Source of the DNA: an uncultured Lachnospiraceae bacterium
GTDB taxonomy: Bacteria > Bacillota > Clostridia > Lachnospirales > Lachnospiraceae
Direction: 5' to 3'
Length of the DNA: 64,000 nucleotides
NCBI GenBank assembly: GCA_946407765.1
Contig: CAMJPD010000001.1
Coordinates: 7,755 to 71,754, forward strand
Shown piece by piece: positions 18,930 to 30,900 of the stretch. The notes beneath the pieces were generated by a model. It was not told the DNA's origin, ran no database searches, and saw only the letters and a program-made list of their open reading frames with translations. Position numbers and translations under genes: made by a program. Each line of letters opens with the position of its first letter. Position 1 is the stretch's first letter.

Positions 18930-21900
18930 GTGTGCACAATTAAAATTAGGAGGCGTAACATCTTAGGTTTTTTTGAAAAGCATAAGAAAGTAATCGCAGT
19001 ATGTCTTACTATTGCAACCGTTTTTTCTAATAACGGTTTGTTTACGCTTGCCAATTCAGTATCAGATATAATAGAAGAAAATTCTAAAGAACAAAAACAA
19101 CCTAAGAATTATTATCTTGAATATCTTGAAGAAACATATTCTTATGAATATTATGAAGAATCATATTCTCTTGATAATGATTTGAATAAGATAGACGAAG
19201 CAAATCTATCAAATGACAATGCACAAGCATTAGACGATAAGTTAAATACTGCAAATATTAACGAAGAAGAAATACACGACGATGAAGAAATAGAAGAAAA
19301 GATAGTAGAAGAAGAACCAGAAGATCCAAATGACTATGAAGAAGAAATAGTTGAAGAAGAAACTAGCGAAGAAGAATCTGAAAATGACAAAACAGATGAT
19401 ATAGAAGAAAAAGATGATGAAATAGAAACAGAAGCTACTGAAGAAGAAACAGTATCAGATGAAGAATCTGAAGAAACTTATGTTGAAGCAGAAGAAACAT
19501 CAATAGAAGAAGAAACAACTAAGAAAGATGCAGAAGAAGAAAGTTCTGAAGTAGAAACAATAGAAGAACAAGAAACAAGTGAAGTAGCAGAAACATCTAT
19601 TGATGAGACAGCAATGGAAACTGTTGATGCAAGTTATGAAACAACTGCACCGTATGTAGATATAGAAGTAGATAGAGCAACAGATTCTGAAATTGATAAT
19701 GAAGATGTTGAATTAGAAACAACGCCTGCACATGTAGAAGATATTGCAACATCATCAGATGCAGAAGAAGTAGATGTAATAGATATTGCAACAAGTTCAG
19801 ATATAGAACTTGATATAGAAATTATTGCAACAAAGTCAGATGCAGAAGTTATAACAGTTAATAAATCTACACCATCATATGTAGAGAGAGCAACACTATC
19901 AGAATTATCAGAATTATCAACTAAGTCAGAACTAGTAAGAGATATAGCAACATCTTCTGAAGTGGATAATATTGAATTACTTAATGCAACAGTTTCTACT
20001 GCAACAAGAAGTGTTGCAGTTAAGTGGAAAGTTGTAAAAATATATTTTGCAACAGTATCAGAAGCATATGTATATGCAAGTACAGCTATTGCAAATATAA
20101 AACATATTGAAGATAGACTTGCAAAGTCTGCCAAAGTACTTCTCAGAAATGAATACGGTGAAGAAAAAATAATGCGTGTTCCTATAAAGTGGACTGCCAA
20201 GAACTATATTAAAGTAACAGAGTCAGAAATTAAGCAAGAGATAAAAGATAAGATAGTAAATCCAGAAGAAGAAAAGAGATCTTTAATTGAAATTGCTCAA
20301 GGTATAAGAAAGGATGCTATCGCAACAAAGTCTGAAGTAAAAGCAGAATCAGAAGCAGAAGTAGAAGATACTTCAGAAAAAAAGATTATAGATAAAACTC
20401 TTGGTCCATCTCAGAAAAGAGAAGAAGAAAAAGAAACTAGAAAGCAAGAAGAAACCAAAGAAACAATAATAGAAACAAAACCAGTTGATTCAGAAACAGC
20501 AGTAGATGAAACATTATCAGATGATATTTATTCAAAACTTAAGGAATTAAAGCTTCCAACAGGTCTTTTTGCATTTGACATAAATCCAGAAGAAGCTAGT
20601 AAGGAAGAAGAAACTACTGAGGAAGAAACAGAAGTAGAAGCTGAGAGTGCTGAAGATAATAAACTTGAAGATGAGACAACAGCTGAAGATAAAACAGATA
20701 GCTCATTCATAGGTCCACTTAAGTCAGATGCTGACGAGTTTTCTGCTCAAACAGATGAAGAAAAAGATAAGCAAAAAATCGTAAAAACCGACCTAAATAG
20801 GCAAGATTATGTAGTTGCTGGCATGGAAATAGATAATAAGGAATTGCTTGATGAAATAAAGAGCGCCCTTATGGACTTTTTTGGTATTGCAAATGCCGCA
20901 AGTGCTACAAGCTCAGAAGCAGATACAGAAGATGAAGAATTTATAGAATTAGCAGCTGAATTAGATGAAGAAATTATAATTCCAAAGGTAATAATCCTTG
21001 GTGTATTTGCATCTACTAATGGAACACTTCCACACAAGATATGCGGATGTGCTAATGGAGTAGATTGTGATCACTATAAGAACTTAGTTCTTGGTCGTTA
21101 TGCAGATAAAGATGTTCAATATAGTCACCAAGATGCACCAACATCAACAGAAATATTTGATGGATGGACACCAATTACAGTTGCTTTAAGAAATACAGAT
21201 GTTCTTGCTTGTGAATTTATATATCTTGATAGAGACTTTGTAGTTAATAAGAGATATCTTTGCGACTATATGAATGTAACAATATGTCTTCATGGACATA
21301 CACTTACATTCTTTGGTGACAATGCATATATAGAAGCACAGAAGGGATTTGAATTAAATATATGCGATTGTTATAGTCCAAAGAAAGGTGAAATCAAAGT
21401 TGTTGCACATCCTCATGAAGTTGCACCAAGAACACATGCAGTGTTTGAGAACAATGGTGGAAAGATAAATTTCTGGAATGTTGATTATAGTAATAAAGTA
21501 GCAACAAAAACTAATGCAAGTCCACTTGTAAGACAAACATCTGGTTATACACAACTTACAGATGTAGATATGAATGGCATCACAGAAAAGTATAGTCCAG
21601 ATGGACTCATACATTCTACAGGCGGCAAGATGGGATTCTACGGAATAAAATTAAATAACAACATATCTTCAATGAGCTTAATCAATTTAAAAAATACTGA
21701 ACTTATAATAGAAGATAATGTAGAAATAAATAATAACTATTCAGACTCATATTTATTCAATATAGATGGTTCTACAGTTACTATCCAGACAGATGACACA
21801 TCAAGTTATGAAAATGAAATATCTGATAATGAATTTAAGTATTCAGGATTATTTAATTTAACCAATAGCTCTAATCTTATAATTAAGAATCACACTAAGA

Positions 21901-24900
21901 TAGAAAGAAATAAAACAACTTACCATGCATTATTCAATTCTAATGCATCTAATATTACATTTGAAAATACTAAGGAAGATAGAACAACTATTCTTGTAAA
22001 AGAAAATGTAGCACAAAAGTCTATAGTATATGTGAATGGTGGTAAATTAGAAACAAAGTATGCTACATTTGAATCTAATAAAGCAGTTGCTGGTGTAATT
22101 AATACAGATGGAACAGCTGCACTTAATATTAATAATACACTATTTAAGTCCAACGAAATGACTTTTGCTGGTGCAATCAATCTTGGACAATTTTCAACAA
22201 TGGAAATGGATGAATCAGAATTTGATTCTAACAAGTCATTATATAATGCAGGTGCTATATTAATTACTGCAAGCAAGCAAGTAAATATTAGGAAGACAAT
22301 ATTTACTAATAATAAAGTAGATGAAAGCGATACATATGGCGCTGGCCAAGGTGGTGCTATCGCTATAGTAAATCAGGAATCTGATGGTGCAGATGTAAAT
22401 ATAGAAGATTCAACATTTGACGGCAACAGTGCACTTTATGGTGGTGCAATCTATATTACAGGAAGTGGAATTTTCCATGCAACATCTAAACTTAATATTA
22501 AAGGAACAAAATTCTTAAATGGTCCTAATTTCCCACACACACATGTTATATCAGCAACTCAGTCAGTAACATATGATACAAGAGGTGGTGCAATTTATGT
22601 TGGAAAGAATGCCATTGTAACTGTAAACGAAGGAAGTTCATTTACAGCAAATTACAATGCAGTATTCGTAGAAAACGGAACATTTATTACTAAGACTCCT
22701 AAAATTGCAACTCATGGAAATCCAGACTTAGATATAATATTTACAGGAAATACAGGTAAGCAAATAATTGGATATTCTTACTATAGTACATCATCAAAAA
22801 TATATCTCTATGGTGGCTATATCACAGGTAACCCTATAATGGGTGGTGTTGAGATGGCAACAGGAAGTCATGTAGATATAGAACTTGGACATTCAATTTA
22901 TATATGGAATAATGGTCATCCTAGCATGCTTGTAGATCCGGTTTTATCTATAGACATAATACTTTCTACCTATAGTGATATAAGAGTAGTAGGAAATCCA
23001 AATTATCCATTAACTGAATATGCCAAGATCGGAATCTATGGTTCTGAAAAATCCAGATTCTTTATTGAAAGCTGGGATGAAACCATGGTTGAAAATATTA
23101 ACAACAGAAATGTTGAAGATACTTTCCTATCAGATATAGATGGTTATACTGCATTCCTTGTTGGTAAGACTGTTCATATGGGAAGACTTCATGCCCACGC
23201 ACTCTGCGGTCTTGCAACTCCATGTAACGCACACAGAGTTGTTCACCCTAAGCTTGGTTACTTAGATATTGCAAACGAAGCTGCACTTGACCAAGAGTTT
23301 AGTGGAACAGCAGGTATATATTTATTAAGTGATATACATATTACAAGAACTCACAAGTGGCCAATTAATATTGCAGGTGAAACTCTTGCAATATGTCTTA
23401 ATGGACATAAGTTAACAGTGGATCAAGGACTTCCACTATTCAGTAATATGAATGGTAATCTCATACTTTGTGATTGCGCAACACTCAAGAGAAGTCCAGT
23501 ATCAATAGGTGCAATTATAATCGCAACTAAATCTACATATATTAAGAAGACTTCGCTCATACATTCTAAGGGACATGATGTTGATGTCTATAATTTAAGA
23601 ATGGATGGAACAAGAAATCATAGATTCAGTGTTGATAATAAACTTGATGGTTCATTCATTCGTGTTGAAGATGCAGATCTTACTATAGAAGATTCTGTAA
23701 TTTCAGGAGTTCAAAACTTCTCAAATGGTGATTCATTATTCAAACAAGTTGGTAAAGGAAATTTAAGATTCCGCAACAGCCTTATAGAAAACAGCAAGAT
23801 TAAAACTGGCTTCATACAGAAGATTCCTTATGATGATGAATATGAGGGCTCTTCAGAGGGTGGTGATGTTTTAATTGAAAATATAGAGGCAAAGGGCAAT
23901 GAATCTAACTATGGTGTAATTTATCTTGATACAGTAGATACAGCAACATTTGCCAATATAAAAACCTTCTATAATAATAGCAAGGGTAAGACAGTTGTAG
24001 ATGCAAGAAGTGAGTGGTATTTTGAACTTGATAAGAATAGACAAGAATATGTAAAGTCAGGTGCATCACTTACACTTAAGAACATAGGCACCTTATCTTA
24101 TATTGATAAGTTAGAATTTGAAAAGAATATAAATGAAGCAGGATATAGTTATTCACCTGCAGCATTCTATGTAGAAAATACAGAACTTAAAATTAACAAA
24201 CTTGTTCTTAAGGACAATGAAACTAAAGTTTCTGCAGGAAGTATGTATTTCACATATGGAGTTGCAAGTATAAATTACATAGAAGCAGATGGTAACAAAG
24301 CTCTCAATGGTGGTGCGATAGTTATTGATGATGCTTACTTTAATATAACTAAGGCAAATATGACAGGTAACTCAACTCAGAGAAATGGTTTTGGTGGTGC
24401 TGTCTATGTTAATAATTCTGACCTTAATATTAAAGAAGGAAACTTGAGTAATAATATAGCAACAATGGGTGCTGCTGTTCATATAGAAATGTTTAGTAAT
24501 GTAAACATAAGTACAGCAACATTTATATCTAATACTGGTTATATAGGTGGTGCAATTTACCAAGGACCACTCAACTATGTAAATATTAATGATTCAACAT
24601 TTGATAAGAACTCAGCTTCGTATGGTGGCGCTGTATATGCAGATGGTGCAAGAACTCCAGAATATACTTATCAGACAAGACTGAACCTCAATAGAGTTCA
24701 TATGCTCAATGCAGCAGCAATATCAAGCAAAGTTCCAGCACACTGGATCCGTCCAGACGGACTCCATGTTGATACAGTATTCTATTATCAACCACTTGGT
24801 GGAGCTGTATATGCCAACGAAGGAGCATTCGTTTACCTTTCATCTAAGTCATCAGTAATTAATAATAAGAATGCAGTTCATGTGTCAAATGCTACATTTG

Positions 24901-27900
24901 AAACAGAATACATATCAACAAGCAGCTTTGCAAGCTCGCAAATGTTTACTGACAACTACCATCAACAAGTTATAGGTTTCTATTCATTTAGAAGAAACTC
25001 AAGAATAAATTTATATGGTGGTATCATAACTAATAACAAGGGTATTCTCATGCCTAATGAACGTTATGGTGCAGAAACATTCTTCGTATATGCTGATGCA
25101 ACTCACTCAGAAATAGAAAAGGGCTGGAGAGATGATCCAGATGCAAGAAAAGAATATCTATCTAAGATAGCAAGAGTAACTCTTGGTGGTAGTGTAATTA
25201 TTGCAACAAATGGTGCACTTGGAAATTGTAACCTCCATGTGCCAGATGATCTCATAGTTAATGTTCAAGGTAATCCATCATATAAAGTAAATGACAAAAC
25301 ATATATTCATGTATGGGGCAGATTCCGTCATAGAGTATTCTTTGATAGCTGGGATGAAAGATGCGTAGAAGATTATGACAATGCAGTTTATGAAAAGACA
25401 TTTGTTTCAGACAATGAGCAATATGGCGTTGTTAGATTTAATAATACACTCTACTTAGAATTTGTTCACAAGCATACAATCTGTGGTGAGACAGATACAA
25501 TGTATTGTGCTCTCCATAATAAAGAACATAAACAACAATCATATAGAAGCGTTCTTACAGAAGACGACTTTGATGTAGACGAAAAGGGCACCGAAATGAT
25601 GACATTTGCCCTTCAAGATGATTTGGAAATCACTAAGATGCACGACTGGCCAATGCAATTTACCAGCGGACTTGTTTCTATATGTCTTAATGGCCACACA
25701 CTCAAGATTCCAAGCAATGTAAAATTATTCAATGATATTATTGGAACAATTTCGTTCTGTGACTGTGCATATAATAAATATATAAATGGAAAGATTGCAG
25801 ATAAGTCTAAGACATTAGATGATGTAGCAGGAAGAATAGAAGTATTACCTAATACTGGTTCATGGTCTAAGAATGACGGCGTATTTGATGCGCACGGACA
25901 ATATTCTGGACTTGCTCTTTACTCACTTAGACTTTCAGGAATTGATGCTAAGGGTTATAACAAGAGTTTATTCTCAGTAACAGGCGGCTCAGCAATTATA
26001 AGTAATGTATCTATAGATAATAACGGACGCTTGTTTGGTGAAGATGCACTTATTAAGATAGTTGATGCATCTAAAGTAATAATTTCTTCAGTTACTGTTG
26101 CAAATAACATATCTAACAACGCAGCAATTATGATTAAGAAGAAAGACTTAGATGCTAATGATGTTAAGGTAGAAAAGATTTATGCGGCAAGAAATGATCT
26201 TGCATACGGTGTAATATATATTGATGGTGCTAAAAAACTATCTCTTAATGATTTAATATTTGAAAATAATATTAAGACTGAATTTGATTTGGCTCCAAAG
26301 ATGGATCGCTACATAGATTCATATGAATTTGCTGTATCTGCAGCAGCTCTTACAATTAAGAATGTTCAGAATATAAGCACAAGATCTAGCAACCTTAGAT
26401 TTACAGATAACCAAAATTTATCTGGTATGGATGACATAGCAGCAGGTCTCGTTCTTGAAAATACTAAGGCAGATGATATTTCAACAATGTCATTCATGGG
26501 TAATACAACAATAGGTGGTATGGGTGCTGGTGCTGTAGCAATTTTAAGAAAAGCATCACTTCGCATAAAAGGCGGAATACATCAACTTAATTATGGTTCT
26601 CATGGTGGATTTGCATTTATCAATGACGGAAGTCTTGAAGTAGATGGCGCAGAGATTCTTGAAAATGAAAGTGAATATAGCGGTGGCGCAATCTATGCAA
26701 TGAATGAATCAAAACTTTTACTTAATGATTCTATAATTAAAGATAATACAGCATATAGAGTAGCTGGTGCAATTTATGCTTCTAAGAAATCAGAAATAAA
26801 GATAGTAGGAACTGAGTTCACAAGAAATATGTCATACACAAGTGGTGGTGCAATCCATCTTGAAGGTAAGGCAAATATTTCTAAGTCAGAATTTATGATT
26901 AATGGAGCATTTGACCTTGTAGATGGTGGTCTCGGTGGTGCAATTTCTATATTAAATAATGCTGTAGCAACACTTAGTGAAAATACATTCTTAGGTAACA
27001 TGGCTCATCTTGGTAGCGGAATATTTACAGCAGCAAGAAGTGCACTAAGTCCAACAGAAAAATTAAGTCCTAAGACAATTATTTCATCAACAAGCTTTAG
27101 CGCACATGTTGCAAATATTACTATAACTAAAGAAGCAACTTATTCAAGTGCTACTGGAGTTGTAACAGTAGATGTAACATATGAGTCTGTTGGTGGTGCA
27201 ATATTTGTAGGAAGTAATGCATATACTAAGGTTAATAAAGGAACAGAATTTAATAATAACTACAATACTATACATGTATCTCAAGGAACATTTGAAACAG
27301 AATATATAAGAAGTCTTGAAGATGGAGATATTAAGTTTACAAGTTCACAAGGTAATCAAGTAATAGGATACTTCTCTTGGGAATATAAGACTAAGATAAA
27401 TTTATATGGCGGAACAATTGCAGGTAATAGAGATATAACAGGCGGGGCAATCTGGAGCACAGTATCAGAAGCTGATCAGAAGAAATTCTTAGATGATCCA
27501 TCTGTAGCACTTAAGTATAAGAGACTTAATATACAACTTGGTGGTGATATCTATATTATGGACAACGGTCTTAACGGAAAGACAAACTTAGTTCTTCCAA
27601 GTGACCTTGTAGTTATAGTATCAGGAAATAAGAATTATAAGATTAATAGAAATGCTCAAGTTGGTGTTACAACTAAGTTTAGATATATTGTATATGACAG
27701 AAGCTGGACAGGAGATATAGTAGAAGACTATTACAACGACATTAACGAGACAGATGTATTTACTTCAGATGTAGATGGTTATGTTCCAGTAGATATTCTA
27801 TCTACGGTTTACCTATTCAGAACTCACAACCATACAATCTGTGGTCTTTCAAGTTCTTCATGTCTTGATCTTCAACATAGTAATACACCAGGACATTTTG

Positions 27901-30900
27901 GACATAAGGAAGTTAAGTTCACACCAGTTACAACTATAAGTCAACTTAAGGGCGAGTATATTGCTAATAAGGCTCTTGCAGGCAAGGCATATTTTGCATT
28001 ACAAGGTGACCTTACTATAAAAGATGCACTCAACTGGGATGCACCTGAAGGAACAACAATTGCACTCTGTCTTAACGGATATAAACTAAATATCTTCACA
28101 GACAAGGGCTTATTCAAGAATGTTCTTGGCACACTTTCTATCTGTGACTGTCTTGCAGATCCAAATTCAGAAATGAGAGCTCATGAAGAAAATGATCCAA
28201 GAATAGGTGAATTCGTTCTTAACAAGGGACACCTATCAGATGTTTCTATAATCACATCTAATAATGAAAATGCATTTGTAAGATTCTGGAAATTAAATAT
28301 TTCTTCTATGTCTATACTAGATGGATATAATAAGTCATTCGTAGAAATGAATGGTGGTAGCATATCATTCAATATGACAACTATTGCAACTAATACTGTA
28401 ACAAGCAAGAACGCATTATTCAGTCTTAACAATATGAAGCAAGTTGATATGTATGATGTTAAAGTATTCAACAATAACTCTGCTTCAGGACTCTTCGACA
28501 TTACAGGAATTAAGAATTTAGGCGTACTCATTGCTTCTTCTTCATTTGCCCGCAACAATATTGCAAAAGGAATTGTAAACATTGCAACTGCAGCAACAGT
28601 AAGCGTTGCACATAATAGATTTGAGAATAACAGAAAGTTCTTTGTAGATTTACCTGAGGCAAATGATAGAGCTTATAATTCTGCAGGAGTTCTTTCATTA
28701 ATTAATGTTGACAACTTTGAATATACAGACAATAAGGCAATTAACAATACTAACTTATCAAGACTTTCTACAAGACAGCCTGCAGTAATTTATTTGGATA
28801 ACACTAAGGGTGTAATAAGTGATTCAGAGTTTGCAAGCAATGTAACATCTGGTGATGGTGGTAGCATACTTGCTGTAGGAAAGTCTAATCTTGATATAAA
28901 TAAAGTTCAAATTAAATCTAGCACAAGTAATGTATCGGCATTCAGAGGTGGATTCCTTGCAGCAGATAATTCAACAATTAATATGGATGGCTTAGATATT
29001 AGTGGATTTAGTGCATATTATGGTGGTGCAATTTATGGATTCAACATGGCAACAATTTCTATATCTAATTCTAATATGGATGGTAATAGAGCATATAGAA
29101 ATGGTGGTGCTATTAGTATAGATGATAAATCTAAGATAGAAATTACAACATCATCAATTATAAACAATGTAGGTGCTAATGGTGGTGCTATCTATGCATA
29201 TAGAAAGTCTAAGGCTTTACTTAAGAACGTAACACTTGAAAATAATATCGCTACATCTTCAAGAGCTGATTCAATTAACGATAAGTTCTTTGGTGGTGCA
29301 GTTTATATAGCAGTTGGTTCAGAACTTCAAACTTATGAAACAACAATTAGTAATAATAAGGCACACGAAGGTGGTGCAGTTTATATCATAGATGATTCTA
29401 AGTATTTTGCAGGTAAGGGAACTTATGTTTCTGATAATGAAAATGCAATTGCTATCTATGGCGGAACTATAGAAACAGATTATATTACAGGTAAACATGA
29501 TGAACTTGATAGAAAAGATGATGTAGTATTTGAGAACAACACAGGTAACGGAGTAATATCTTACTCTATGTTTGGTGATGTGAACCACATCAACCTCTAT
29601 GGTGCTGCAATAAAGAATAACGAAATAAGTTCTATGCCACTCATTGCATCATTCTACAAGACATTCAAGACTAAGGAACCAATCATGACTTATGTAACAC
29701 TTGGTGGTTCTACATATATTAATGACAATGGAATTGCTGCAAGCAAATCTAACTTGTATATGTATGATGATAAGTTAGTTCGCTTTGCAGGTAATAAGAA
29801 TTATCCAGTCACATCTCCATCTAGAATACATGTATATTCTCCTAAGGACAATCAAGTAATATTCTATGATAGCTGGGGCGAGGATTGCGTATATGAATAT
29901 AATACAGGCGAGTTTATCGTAAGAGATATATTCTATTCTGATAATGATGAATATAAAGTATATAGGGATGGCAGATTCGTATATCTTGGAACAGACTTTG
30001 ATGAATATACATTTGACATCAATACTGATGATGTTATAACAACGGGCATCTACGAAATTACACCACAATATATTAGAAAGAACGCAACTATGGCTTACTT
30101 AGAGCGTCCAGTTGAAGTGTTCAATAAAGATAAATCTAAAGTTGTTGGACGTGCAAATGCTTACTTAATCGGTGTAATGGGTTATGAGGCAGATGATGCA
30201 GGTCGTCTTGCTAAGTCATGGAATTTTGCAACAACATCTTGTGAAGTTCGTTCTAAGAAGACATACCAAGATGAATTTAAGACTCTAACTAAAGAAGATA
30301 GAGTTCTATTCCTTGTATGGGTAACTAAGGGACATGTTCATAAAGAATGTGGTCTTGCAACAAGTTCTACTTGCGACCATGTAAGCGAGATAGGTACTCA
30401 TAAGGAAGTAGATGAATTTATAGAGGCAAGAAACTGGTCTACACTTCACTATAAATCTGAGAAAGTGATGAACGAAGGCGATAGAGAAAATTATGACTTC
30501 AGATATGTTCTCATGAAAGATGTAGAAGCTTATGATCAAGGAACAGATACTATAGAAGTTCTCTGCTTCAATGGTCACTCAATTAAGATTGCAACATTTG
30601 CAACAGCAATTAATCCAAAATACGGAGTAAATTCTATCAAGGCAATCTTAAGCTTTGGTGAAGATAAGTCGCAGAAGCATCTTGCAACAAAGTCATTCGT
30701 ACTTACAAATTGCAAAGTTTCTACTAAGTCAGTATTTGAAATATCATCAACATCTAATATTCCAACAAGTCTTATAACACTTGCTGGTGGTAAGTCACTT
30801 CTTATGAAAGACTTAGTAATAAGTGGATTTGTATATGATAGTGATGATAAGAATCTTATAACAATTAAGTCAACAAGTTCAGTTGTCGAAGTTGATTCAC

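Noticed and set aside
19634-20200. Minus-strand and off-frame ORFs of 60-190 codons inside the giant genes (e.g. 350-646, 19634-20200, 21920-22276, 28181-28582, 30575-30916).
   Set aside because: They lie wholly inside long, motif-rich + strand ORFs. They have low-complexity or Ile/Phe/Cys-rich translations typical of antisense frames in AT-rich DNA, and no RBS context. Treated as artefacts.
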